DNA from: a virus
DNA: 64,000 nucleotides
Virus record (IMG/VR): IMGVR_UViG_3300010413_000010
Span: 1-64,000 of that record
Direction: 5' to 3' (one strand)
The notes beneath the pieces were generated by a model. The model searched no databases. It had not been told where the DNA came from and was given only the letters and a program-made list of their open reading frames with translations. Below, in pieces: positions 35,501 through 44,466 of this stretch; position 1 is the stretch's first letter, and each line of letters starts with the position of its first letter. Made by a program: the position numbers and the translations under genes.

Positions 35501-38178
35501 TTCCGACGGAGAAGACTTACTATTTTAGGTTCCGGTTTGTAACTGGATATTCAGCTAGAGTAGAGACAGCATGGTCGGCTACTTATTCGATAGCTGTGAA
35601 ACCCCTCACAACGATAGACATCGAAGGGGGGAAGATCACTACCGAAAAGATTCAAGCTGACGCGATTACTGCTGATTTGATTGCAACCGGTGCTGTGACT
35701 GCAGACGCTATCGATGTTGATGATCTTTTCGCACAGACGATAACAATCCCGGCAGGCGGTTCGTTAACGGCCGGTGATGTGGAACTTTCCAGTACAGGAC
35801 TTACAGGTCCCGGTTTTGCTATTACGGCTTCCGGTATAGCTGCTGATCAGGGGACTATTGGTGGGTTCAATATTGGAGCAACCAGACTTTTCTCCGGTGC
35901 CGCTGCAGGTGACGGCGCACGGATACAGCTCGATGTAACTCAGAATCGGTTTGCCATCTATGACGCATCGAACATTGCTAAGGTAGCTTTGGGTTATCTC
36001 GGAGGGATCGAGTCTTTCAACAGTAATCAGTACGGCCTTTATATTGCCGACGGTAACGTCGCACGATTTGAAGGTGGCGCGGAACTCGTAGGTAACGACT
36101 ACACAATTGCCCAGGATGGTGCCCTCGTTATTGAGAACGCTGACGGTGCTGCAGTTGCACGGTTCGGTTCTGTAGGCACCGGAGAAATTGGGATGATCCT
36201 TGGTTTTGCTGACCAGGGTGGTGGCACGTTAGACTCTCCTCAAGATTGTGACCGACGTATTTACATCGATGCGGATGAGTTGGGTTTAGAGCAATGGACA
36301 AATGCCGCGTGGTCGACTGTTAACAGTGTTCGGATCGGTGGTGCAGATGAGAACGGGAACTTCACACCCTATTTTTTTGGCCGGGGGCTCCGCAGCTCGT
36401 TGGCAGATGCCACAATGGGGAATTATATTCCGACGGCAGATACTGCGGTATGGAACGCCGAAGACGCCTCGAACCGATTGATATCGAACCAGGGCAAGGA
36501 ATTAACATACGTGCAGTATTTTCTTACTGGTGAGAGTTATCAGAAGTTCGGTACAGCTGGATTTCGTATTAACGCAAACGCAATGGACCGGTACGGGTAC
36601 ATTAAAGCACCGCTAGGTATTTCGGTTTTCTCCCAGTCGTTTCTTGCTGGGGTTTGGATGCGAATCGATAGTGGCTATATAGACGATTCACGTGTGTTCC
36701 TGCAAGTTGGGGATACATCCAGTACCGTTGCAGATAATTTTTATAGCTTTACTGCATATTACGACACGAATACACTCACATTAAAATCCAGTGTTACTGA
36801 TCCATTAGCAACGAAGTCTGAACAGTTGCCGTTGGATACATTTTTCTTTCTTGGGTTGTTTTATGATGAACCAAACTCAAAGATTTATGCAATACAGAAT
36901 GATACCATATTGTTTGAAGCGGATGCGTCTACTTTTACGTCGTTAAACTCTGACGGGACCGTGTTCGTGTATGGGAGAGAAGTAGACCTGTATTTTGATG
37001 ATCTCTTTTATTCTCCGGGTTTCGATTCTATTGATGCGGTGCTACAGTATGTTCAGCGGAATGAGGCGTGGGATATATCGGGAACCCTCCGAGATTTGTT
37101 TATTACTCCCGCTGCTGGTGGGGTTGTTCGTGTTATAGGTGGGATTAGCTTTGAGGGGCCTCTTGGCTTTACCGGTTATGATCCACTTGTACCTGTAGAA
37201 CGTAATCATCAGATATGGCTGAAAGGTGATGTCATTAAGTTTCAGGAGTATACCAACAACGGTTGGACCTCCGTCAACTCGATTATTATCGGCGGGGTAG
37301 ATGATAATGACATATTCATCCCTCTAGTCGGTAGTCGCGGTGGCTATAACGTAATGGGTGGACCTCCTGCGGGTGAGCCGTTCCCGAGTGAAGAGTTCAA
37401 ATTATTTAACTTTGAGAATGGTTTTGTAGACCAGAATGGCGAAGAAGCCTACTCGATGGCACGGGTAACTACGACAACTACATGGTCGAAGTTCGGCACG
37501 TACTCTCTGGCGTGTGATACTACCAACTCGTACGGTACACTTCACCCCGACTGGCGATCATGGACTTTTGGCGAAGACCAAGCGTTTGCTGCTTATTTTT
37601 GGCAGGATAATATTGATGGCGGCGGAGCTACATTCTTCCAGATACGTGATGGATCAATAGATAACGTTTTTCTGATCGGCTCCATGAACTCTACTGAAAT
37701 ACAAATCAGAGTTATTAAAGGGGGGGTAACCGAATATTCTGCAGCTATTGACGTAGGGGTCTCTACGGATGGAGAACACTTCATTGCAATGAGCTACGAC
37801 AGTACTGCAGATATTTTGTACTGGTGTTTCGACGATCAGGTTTTTAATACGGGGGTTATTGGAGGCACTTGGGATGAGGGTTCTGGATACTGTGAAGTAT
37901 CGGTTCAAAACCGCCCTACTAGCATAATCACGTATGCTGACGAAGTTCTGTTCGCCCCTGACCAGACCGTTCCTGTTGAAGTGTTTCTTCAACATTACCG
38001 CTCTGACCTTCCTTGGAACACGTCTTATTCAATTAAAGATTATGTTTTGCACCCCGCTCCTGGCGGGGTTGCTCGGACTATGGGAACTCACGTAGCTGAC
38101 GCATATCAGTTCCCGTATACAGATGCTCGAATAGAATACAACCCCGACACTGAAACCATCGATTTCGTTTTCACTTAA
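32503..38178 (+). CDS. central tail tip/host-specificity protein (I+J-like) with two C-terminal LamG-like repeat modules
   Basis: IP.LLGRH, FPQGLY, SNPA, FTPRNS, GDRVRLSHDV; ITADLIATGAVTAD repeats; duplicated C-terminal modules. Confidence 0.85.
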   Translation: MKSDNITLIVSDNPFTTDKEIYSVERKTYRELFDEYTRGKYPISQAVIYDTDIRIEDFDTTPESDNVIIRIVPAYTGGSGNAGSDMGKAGNMTLLTTIAVGIAIFAAGVMTGGVAWGVMAGVFIGGGLVGGIAVLGGYALDKLAASMDGLDTGGGDSLNGIRGGENRRNVGGRIPLLLGRHLIYPDRAANPYLTGIDGTSETEIHLLYILGYENVRPIAGTYKFGDQLASEVTDIANNLDVDIGTTGQHPQYPISVLSTYPGKVVYLDRDDIEGYTPRSPLEDNLVLTTPTGTGDIEIGLQFPQGLYTRLDNGSVSYTTYPLTIEIASVEDPDTKYKYRYDSGVPIAGVGKATFTGDVEFASLPSDDTKIGVSAYEYGHDYTKLSSKSQSGRRIAASIDFDLASNPVHSPSGQYIITVRQYYAMGDPDGKMMVMAVEYVNFTSSSTTYPIATDIKDDLTTIGITVPSTESSQSLSAFNCEAQLYTRDYSGSGTGASAWTAGIATSNPASMFLYLLTDPLVNKDATKNEARIDWPALENWWAFCENGGSVAGDPLECNMTFPDVTTTEEALTAVCRTGRAVWTIVDGLITVIIDEEKPVVTQYFTPRNSFNFSGSKPYATPVSELRVTYINKETWTEDELIIDNPWATGDSFEEIRASGMTSYSEAYRYGLYLLAARTLRPETFTFTAYMDSIVCTIGDRVRLSHDVPLIGAGVAGRITGLVTDGGGLVTQIWVDEQFTFTDGETHRLLLRPLDPTETFESVENSLMVEVVTPASLTNEVYVDGETYYRFDLTTPTDETKFAIDQLFMPGISGQETLDLLIDSIQVVDEQSVEITAIPYSEAIYSIDESGIPAYVANITLPPAGLNEPNFSGIYDLAAQMAALEEAKAELYGKVGFSQIVDGYIPAGDMSTLDPPSAALTSQGRTISMAIALPSGLVSATLVTEAQISDDGATWYSMQDGSDPAGDTSWMTSWQGTLDDVTAFTGLQYVLNRIPFGGTEGIPTEKTYYFRFRFVTGYSARVETAWSATYSIAVKPLTTIDIEGGKITTEKIQADAITADLIATGAVTADAIDVDDLFAQTITIPAGGSLTAGDVELSSTGLTGPGFAITASGIAADQGTIGGFNIGATRLFSGAAAGDGARIQLDVTQNRFAIYDASNIAKVALGYLGGIESFNSNQYGLYIADGNVARFEGGAELVGNDYTIAQDGALVIENADGAAVARFGSVGTGEIGMILGFADQGGGTLDSPQDCDRRIYIDADELGLEQWTNAAWSTVNSVRIGGADENGNFTPYFFGRGLRSSLADATMGNYIPTADTAVWNAEDASNRLISNQGKELTYVQYFLTGESYQKFGTAGFRINANAMDRYGYIKAPLGISVFSQSFLAGVWMRIDSGYIDDSRVFLQVGDTSSTVADNFYSFTAYYDTNTLTLKSSVTDPLATKSEQLPLDTFFFLGLFYDEPNSKIYAIQNDTILFEADASTFTSLNSDGTVFVYGREVDLYFDDLFYSPGFDSIDAVLQYVQRNEAWDISGTLRDLFITPAAGGVVRVIGGISFEGPLGFTGYDPLVPVERNHQIWLKGDVIKFQEYTNNGWTSVNSIIIGGVDDNDIFIPLVGSRGGYNVMGGPPAGEPFPSEEFKLFNFENGFVDQNGEEAYSMARVTTTTTWSKFGTYSLACDTTNSYGTLHPDWRSWTFGEDQAFAAYFWQDNIDGGGATFFQIRDGSIDNVFLIGSMNSTEIQIRVIKGGVTEYSAAIDVGVSTDGEHFIAMSYDSTADILYWCFDDQVFNTGVIGGTWDEGSGYCEVSVQNRPTSIITYADEVLFAPDQTVPVEVFLQHYRSDLPWNTSYSIKDYVLHPAPGGVARTMGTHVADAYQFPYTDARIEYNPDTETIDFVFT

Positions 38179-38193
38179 AAGAAAAGAGTTATT

Positions 38194-41100
38194 ATGTCTT
38201 TAATATTTCACCTCCCTTTAAACGGGGATTTCACCGAACAGACGGGGGCGGGGCACACTGTTGTCCCGTCCAACGTCTCCTTTACAGAGTCCATATTTGG
38301 AGAGAACGCAGTCTTCGCCGGAACCGTCGATTCAAAGATTGACGTTACTCTGGAATCCCCGACAGATATCAAGTCGATTATGTTCTGGATTAGGACACGG
38401 CATGGGGCACGGCAGATTCGATCCACCGAAGATTCTCAACGTCAGTACTTCCCAACGATATTTCGAGTACCTGCAGTTGCAGGAATGATCTGTCTTAGTG
38501 CGTGGGCGGCGGGTTTAACTAACGAAACCGTCCATCTTTGGAATAATTCATATGCGACGGCAGTTACTCAAGAAATTGCTGAGGACGAAACTGCACATAT
38601 CGCTATGATTTGGAATGCAACAGATTCCCGGTATGATATTTTCATCAATGGACATTATGTAAATTCACATGACCGATCTGAAACTGGAGCTGCGGGGTTA
38701 CTTTCTTCGGTCTCAACATTTATCATTGGAACCGATAGTGCTGCTTATCACTATGACGGTCAGCTCTCCGACTTCCGAATCTATGACCATTCTCTGACTC
38801 CCGCCGAACTCAGGGATATTGCCAAGTATCCGAATAACGGACTTCTGGCTCATTATAAGTTTCAAGGGGATGACCGCGATTACTCTGGGAACGGGTACCA
38901 CGGCTCTGTCTACGCCGGAAAAGAGCAGGCCCATTTAGTCAATGAAATAAACATGAATGACTATGGGATGCTGGCTGTTAAGAACACCGCTACAAGTGCC
39001 TGGGATTCTGGTGCTCGGGCTTACCAGTCATTCCCTGCAACCGATGGTTCAGTTAGCTCCCCTGTATTCACAGAGTGGAAATACCATCTGGTTGACCCAA
39101 CATCTGATGCAGGGTCACATGCAGTTATGGCAGGAATCAGCAACACAGCCGACGCATCAACGGGAGCGTTCGGCCAGATTCAGTGGGCGCTGTACTGTTA
39201 CAATATGTCCCTGCATGTTTACTATAGTGGGACTTCTCAGGGATACACAGGATATCAGCATTATGTTGGTGCCACCTACCGGATGGAGTGGGATGGTACG
39301 TATCTCCGTATTTTACAAGATGGCAATGTAATCTGGACAGATACTCCAACAGTATCTGGTAATCTACGTTTTCGTATTGCTGTTCACAGTTACGGTCACT
39401 CGGATGGAGCTTATAATATTTATCAATCTCCCCGTTCCACGCGGGTCTCTTACTCGGATGTTTGGGACGATACGAAAGCAGTCCAGTTAAGATGGGCTGA
39501 TGATTCGTGGATTGTTGTTAACCATAACGGGGAAATGTCCCGGAAGGTGTTCGGGACAGAGCGATGCCATACTATTTCAGCTTGGATAAACCTAAGTTCT
39601 TGGTCTAATTATGGTTCGTTAATAAATAAGATGACCGGAGCCTCGTGGTCGAACACAACGAATGGTGTCTGGACCTATAGTGCAGGGATTCGTCACATAG
39701 CTGGGACAAATGAAGGAGGAAATCCCACTAACTCTGTAATAGCTGTAACGGAATCACCAACTCTAAACGAGTGGCATCACTTCTGCGCGGTGTCCCAAGG
39801 GAAGTTCGGGTTTTTATATATTGATGGCCAGTTCATCTCGATCTGTGATTATGATGTCCTGTACAAAGACCAAAGTGAGAACCAGCGAGAAATCTGCATC
39901 GGCCCTAGGTATTTACCATCTTCAGGCAGTGAAGGGTTCCCTGGCAAAATTTATGATTTGCGAATTTATTCAGAGCCGTTGAGTCCCAACATCATTCGTG
40001 CTTTAGCTCATTCTCCGTTCCCGACCAAGAAAACAGAGGAAATGATTTCCAACTCTAAATCCCTCATGTTGGATTTCAATTTTGCTGAACGGGCAGAGGT
40101 GACATACAACAACTATGTGAACAACGTAAAACGCGGCGACTATGAGGAGTTGGCGGTTGGTTCTGATGCTAATTTCACAACTGCTCAAGCCGGTGCAGGT
40201 AGTTATGTTGGTGTTGTTGACACTTTTGCTCACGAGGGTGAAAAGTCGTTACGGTTTGTTTCTGGAACTGATAGTTATAAACGGATTTACTACACACTAG
40301 GAGGTGTTTCTGCTGGCACCTGGATGTCTATCTCTGCCTGGGTCTACAATACTGATCCCAGCTTAAACGTGTATCTCCATATGGAAGCTAACGGTGGTGA
40401 CTACACATGGGGGATACCTCAAGATCGGAATTACCACCACGGGACCGGCTGGGAAAGGCTTTGGTGCCGGATCAATCCAGCCACGACATCCGTAACCGAC
40501 CTCTATATGTACATAAACAACAAGACAAGTGGGAATGAAATCTTTATAGATGAATTCCTGTGTGAATCAAACCCAATTGATCATGGTCACACGGTAGGAT
40601 ACTTTTCAAACAACGTAAGGGATTCCTCCGGCTGGCCGTTTAGTTTGAAAAACGATGACGGACTCGGGCGGCGTTCCCCTAAGTGGGTAGAAGAAGGCTA
40701 CAACTCGGTGGGAGCTATTGAGTTTCCGGCCTCAAATGCGACAGCTCAGACAAAGTGGAATAGCAGTAAGATTTCATTCGGTCCTGACCCAATTCTTACG
40801 GTAGCTTATGCTATAAAACGAACCGGCGACATCTCGTCAGGAAAGGCTACATGGGGTCTGGGCTCCCCAGGTTCTCGGTGTGCTCTCTCCAGCTATGTTA
40901 ATGCAGTGAACTCCATCGGGATTGATTACTACGGATCACCAACTTACAAAGCTGATTACACATGGCCTGTAAATGAGTGGATATATGTGGTGGTGGTCAA
41001 GAACCAGACGGGGCTCACCCACAAAGATGGGCACGAGATTTATATCGATGGAGTTAAGCAGGATATTACAGTTCTACGGAGTGGGGCATATCAACCCACC

Positions 41101-42777
41101 CTTTTAGAAGGGCTCTGCTTTGGGGGAATCCATTCAACTGAGACAAATTACTACGCAGAAAACTTCGTCTTAGGCGACTTCAAGGTTTTCCGAAAAGCAC
41201 TTTCCCATACAGAAATCCAGGAACTGACCGAGAAAATGGCGGCTGGTACAGCTACGACTCAGGTAGACAGGGAGGGGAACCTTTACATTGATAAACCTAT
41301 CGTCTCGAAAATGTTCTCACCGGCTCTGGCACTCAATCACCGAGAGTGGTGTGTATCCGAAAGAGGGTCACACACTTCTTGGGTTCGTAACGGAGATGCT
41401 ACTGAAAACTCAATTGTTAGAGGCCGGGACCCTTGGGGTAAGTTCACTCACATATGGGTATGTACACCTGATGCAAATAGTAATGGTGATGGGGGATGGA
41501 ATACTTTTTTCCCAATAGATAAAGACTACCATCATCGATTTTCAGTATGGATTCAGAAAGCGGGTAACGTGTTAGCAGGAAGTACTTACCTGGGCTGTTA
41601 CAATAATGCAAATTTCACGCAGGACCTTGCAGGGACGGGCCAGACAAATCACTACTTTATTGTAGGTGATCCACCGGCTTCAGACCAATGGTATCTCTAT
41701 GTTGGCTACATTCATAAAGCCGGTGCCACTTCTGATGCGTTTGGAGTGTCAGGCTATGTTTACGACACGGCGGGGAATATTGTTCAGACGCATACAAGAA
41801 CACGGGTACGTACAGTGGATGATATTCAGCGTTTTCGCTGCTATCTATATTATTGTACAGATACTTCCGTCCGTCAGTATATGTGTTATCCACGAGTCGA
41901 TAGGATCGACGGGACGGAGCCGGATATATCAGATTTGATCAACGGGCTTTCTTCCATGGAAGATGAGTTCATGAGCCGTTACCCTCATATCCTCCGTGAT
42001 GTCACTTTGGAAGACTCCATCGTTAACTTCGGGAAATTGAAAAACGAGATAGCAAATCTCGACATGAAGTTCAGTGGTGCCAATGGACTGAAAGGGCATT
42101 ACCCACTGCAGTATAATACCAACTTGTTTGCAGGGCAGTATCAACCTACGGTGCATAGTAACATCGCGTATGAGCTAGAAGATGGTTATCCTTGCGCTCA
42201 TTTCACAACACAGACCACTTCTAAGCTCAGTTTTGAAGAGATGTCATGTTCTTCCAGTGACCCTTGGTCTGCTTCAATTTGGGTCAAAGAACCGGCTTCA
42301 GCTGTAGATACCCAGAGGATTTTCCTTGGGTTAGAAGACGCATATGGCCCATACTTTCAGCTCTTAGATAATAATAAATTCCTTTTTAGGTTTTGGGAGA
42401 GCCCGTATGGTTATTATTATGTGTCGAATGCTATTGTTGATAGGACTCAATGGAATCAGTTTACGGTCACTTGGGGAGGTGCCTCTTCTCCAGTATTTAG
42501 AATTTACATTAACGGAGAATTAGACAACACACATGATGTGACGGGTGATACGCAGTATTATCCAAGCGCTCATTTTGATTGTATTGGCCCTGTCTATAAA
42601 CGTGCGGAAAATCATCCTGAATACGACTTCACGGGTTGGGTGAGGGACTTCCGTTTCTATACTGAAGAACTTTCTGCCCTGTATGTAAAACAGCTTCATC
42701 ATGCCACAGAAAGCCCCTTCTTGGGTCTTAACAACACCGGCATTATCACCGACGCTGAGGTCATCAAAGAAGTATAA
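38194..42777 (+). CDS. large multi-LamG/concanavalin A-like receptor-binding or side-fibre protein
   Basis: Four LamG-like units (LIFHLPLNG, LLAHYKFQG, LMLDFNF, LKGHYPL) each ending D.RIY/DFKVF..L. Confidence 0.8.
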   Translation: MSLIFHLPLNGDFTEQTGAGHTVVPSNVSFTESIFGENAVFAGTVDSKIDVTLESPTDIKSIMFWIRTRHGARQIRSTEDSQRQYFPTIFRVPAVAGMICLSAWAAGLTNETVHLWNNSYATAVTQEIAEDETAHIAMIWNATDSRYDIFINGHYVNSHDRSETGAAGLLSSVSTFIIGTDSAAYHYDGQLSDFRIYDHSLTPAELRDIAKYPNNGLLAHYKFQGDDRDYSGNGYHGSVYAGKEQAHLVNEINMNDYGMLAVKNTATSAWDSGARAYQSFPATDGSVSSPVFTEWKYHLVDPTSDAGSHAVMAGISNTADASTGAFGQIQWALYCYNMSLHVYYSGTSQGYTGYQHYVGATYRMEWDGTYLRILQDGNVIWTDTPTVSGNLRFRIAVHSYGHSDGAYNIYQSPRSTRVSYSDVWDDTKAVQLRWADDSWIVVNHNGEMSRKVFGTERCHTISAWINLSSWSNYGSLINKMTGASWSNTTNGVWTYSAGIRHIAGTNEGGNPTNSVIAVTESPTLNEWHHFCAVSQGKFGFLYIDGQFISICDYDVLYKDQSENQREICIGPRYLPSSGSEGFPGKIYDLRIYSEPLSPNIIRALAHSPFPTKKTEEMISNSKSLMLDFNFAERAEVTYNNYVNNVKRGDYEELAVGSDANFTTAQAGAGSYVGVVDTFAHEGEKSLRFVSGTDSYKRIYYTLGGVSAGTWMSISAWVYNTDPSLNVYLHMEANGGDYTWGIPQDRNYHHGTGWERLWCRINPATTSVTDLYMYINNKTSGNEIFIDEFLCESNPIDHGHTVGYFSNNVRDSSGWPFSLKNDDGLGRRSPKWVEEGYNSVGAIEFPASNATAQTKWNSSKISFGPDPILTVAYAIKRTGDISSGKATWGLGSPGSRCALSSYVNAVNSIGIDYYGSPTYKADYTWPVNEWIYVVVVKNQTGLTHKDGHEIYIDGVKQDITVLRSGAYQPTLLEGLCFGGIHSTETNYYAENFVLGDFKVFRKALSHTEIQELTEKMAAGTATTQVDREGNLYIDKPIVSKMFSPALALNHREWCVSERGSHTSWVRNGDATENSIVRGRDPWGKFTHIWVCTPDANSNGDGGWNTFFPIDKDYHHRFSVWIQKAGNVLAGSTYLGCYNNANFTQDLAGTGQTNHYFIVGDPPASDQWYLYVGYIHKAGATSDAFGVSGYVYDTAGNIVQTHTRTRVRTVDDIQRFRCYLYYCTDTSVRQYMCYPRVDRIDGTEPDISDLINGLSSMEDEFMSRYPHILRDVTLEDSIVNFGKLKNEIANLDMKFSGANGLKGHYPLQYNTNLFAGQYQPTVHSNIAYELEDGYPCAHFTTQTTSKLSFEEMSCSSSDPWSASIWVKEPASAVDTQRIFLGLEDAYGPYFQLLDNNKFLFRFWESPYGYYYVSNAIVDRTQWNQFTVTWGGASSPVFRIYINGELDNTHDVTGDTQYYPSAHFDCIGPVYKRAENHPEYDFTGWVRDFRFYTEELSALYVKQLHHATESPFLGLNNTGIITDAEVIKEV

Positions 42778-42783
42778 TCAATA

Positions 42784-42800
42784 GGCGGGGGTCTCCCGCC
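42784..42800 (+). terminator. GC hairpin between tail and lysis genes
   Basis: GGCGGG-GGTCT-CCCGCC. Confidence 0.4.
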
Positions 42801-42818
42801 TTAAATAAGGAACAGCAA

Positions 42819-43070
42819 ATGAAACTCACAAAAAACATAGCAGCGGTAGCGCTGCTGGTGCTCCTGTTGTCTATGGGGATTGTCTTCATGGTCCAGGACG
42901 CAGAGGGTGCAATCTGGAATGACTACTTTAATTTTGCAAAGTGGTATATCGGTGTCTTCTTCAGTGTGAAACTCTTGGGCGATACCGTAAAGTCTGTCTG
43001 GTATAGACCAGAACTTGACCCGAATAACACGAAGGCGCCGGACAAAGAAGCCAATGAAGAAGTTTGTTAA
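42819..43070 (+). CDS. putative holin (2 TM)
   Basis: 83 aa, two hydrophobic helices, charged tail, first gene of the lysis cassette. Confidence 0.55.
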   Translation: MKLTKNIAAVALLVLLLSMGIVFMVQDAEGAIWNDYFNFAKWYIGVFFSVKLLGDTVKSVWYRPELDPNNTKAPDKEANEEVC

Positions 43071-43893
43071 CTGGATAAAGAAGTACGCGACTATCATCCT
43101 GCTCGGTATCATCTCGATACTGGGCGGGATAATCGCAATCATGAGTAGAGGAAGTAGAGATGAAGAAGATAGTACTGATCATAATGATCCTGACCTTATC
43201 AACCGCGATATTGCCAGCCATCGATCTACCGAATTACGGGATCGAACCAGACAGGTGGTACGAAGGATTTTTAATAATCGAGGCGTTGAACGAAATCCAG
43301 ACGCTGACGGAGACGGCAATAGAACAGGCAGTGGAGGAGACCAGCCAGGAGTACCTGGAGCGGCTGGAGAAAGCACTGCAAGCGGAACAGGAAGCAAAGC
43401 AGAAGGAACGAATGTGGATGGGTCTCGGTATCGGATCAGCGGTGACGGCAGTAGCCTCAATTCTAACATTGATCCTATCACAGTAGATGATGTAGGGTTT
43501 CTGGATTACCTGGAAGGCCCTACCATCAAACGCTACGGTGAGAAGCTCCTCACACTTCTGGCTCCGCTTCAGCTCCATTCGAGGAAACTCACCGCAAAAG
43601 AAATTGTTGAAATTTATAACCAGGGGAGGAAAGACCCATCCATTATGGATCGGCAGTGCCGTCTTGGTAAAAACGGATATTTAGTAACCTACCATGCCCG
43701 AAAGATTCTGGGCTTGTCCCACTACCTCACCGATGCTGGTGATAACTCAGACTTCCTCTTGCAAGGGTACAACTATGGGTCACGGTGCGGTTACATCATC
43801 AAGGATAAAGAGGGAAGGGTACTCTATGTCTCTTCCCCCTTACGAAAAACTGACACTTTATTTTCGGTAGACTGCTACCGGTGGGAGGAGTAA
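43054..43893 (+). CDS. N-terminally anchored protein (i-spanin-like outer gene) with disordered linker and globular C-domain
   Basis: TM IILLGIISILGGIIAIM; TAATG coupling to the amidase; hosts embedded gene 43160..43486. Confidence 0.6.
   Translation: MKKFVNWIKKYATIILLGIISILGGIIAIMSRGSRDEEDSTDHNDPDLINRDIASHRSTELRDRTRQVVRRIFNNRGVERNPDADGDGNRTGSGGDQPGVPGAAGESTASGTGSKAEGTNVDGSRYRISGDGSSLNSNIDPITVDDVGFLDYLEGPTIKRYGEKLLTLLAPLQLHSRKLTAKEIVEIYNQGRKDPSIMDRQCRLGKNGYLVTYHARKILGLSHYLTDAGDNSDFLLQGYNYGSRCGYIIKDKEGRVLYVSSPLRKTDTLFSVDCYRWEE
43160..43486 (+). CDS. embedded gene: signal peptide, coiled coil and C-terminal TM (spanin-like)
   Basis: MKKIVLIIMILTLSTAILPA|ID; EQAVEE..LERLEKALQAEQEAKQKER; GLGIGSAVTAVASILTLIL; purine-rich RBS. 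Confidence 0.65.
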   Translation: MKKIVLIIMILTLSTAILPAIDLPNYGIEPDRWYEGFLIIEALNEIQTLTETAIEQAVEETSQEYLERLEKALQAEQEAKQKERMWMGLGIGSAVTAVASILTLILSQ

Positions 43894-44432
43894 TGCTCCA
43901 CATAAACAAAAAGAGCCGCCCCGGAAAGAAGCGACTCTCTACTAAGAAAATTATCATTCATTATACTGGAGGGAATTACCGTAGCCTCGATGAGCTGGAA
44001 AAGTACCTGGCCGGAGAGCATAGATTTGGCGGTTATACCCTGGCGGTGGACGATGTAGGAATCCGGTTGTTTGCTCCGCTGGATGAGATGACTCCCCACG
44101 TTGGTGGGGAACTACTCGATGACTATGAGCGAATCTTCGGTCCTACCAAGATGATCGACGGCTACAGTATCCAGAACTGGCACACCCTCGGGATTTGTTA
44201 CATCCACCAGAACTGGACCGGTGAGCCCTCGAAGGAAACCTACGATGTTCTGGTCAATGTGGTTGCTTCGCTCTGCAGACAGTATGGCTTGTCGGAAAAC
44301 GATGTAGACCGGCATTTTGATGTAACCGGTAAGAAATGCCCGAAGTACTATTCAGAGTCTGGAGCTCTTTGGACACGGTTCCGTCAGGATGTACGAAAAG
44401 CCATCTTTGAAAGACGGCACTATGTGATATAA
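43893..44432 (+). CDS. endolysin, N-acetylmuramoyl-L-alanine amidase (Amidase_2)
   Basis: IIIHYT, DEMTPHVG, RHFDVTGKKCP; SD GGAGGAG. Confidence 0.9.
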   Translation: MLHINKKSRPGKKRLSTKKIIIHYTGGNYRSLDELEKYLAGEHRFGGYTLAVDDVGIRLFAPLDEMTPHVGGELLDDYERIFGPTKMIDGYSIQNWHTLGICYIHQNWTGEPSKETYDVLVNVVASLCRQYGLSENDVDRHFDVTGKKCPKYYSESGALWTRFRQDVRKAIFERRHYVI

Positions 44433-44437
44433 AAGTG

Positions 44438-44462
44438 AAGCCTCCCTTTCGGGAGGCTTTTT
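44438..44462. terminator. intrinsic terminator at the junction of the convergent late and middle blocks
   Basis: AAGCCTCCC-TTTC-GGGAGGCTT-TTT. Confidence 0.8.
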
Positions 44463-44466
44463 GTAT

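Noticed and set aside
32503-42777. Diversity-generating retroelement acting on tail proteins (BPP-1-like head present)
   Set aside because: No reverse transcriptase and no near-identical TR/VR pair with adenine-specific mismatches seen in this window; I cannot exclude one outside it
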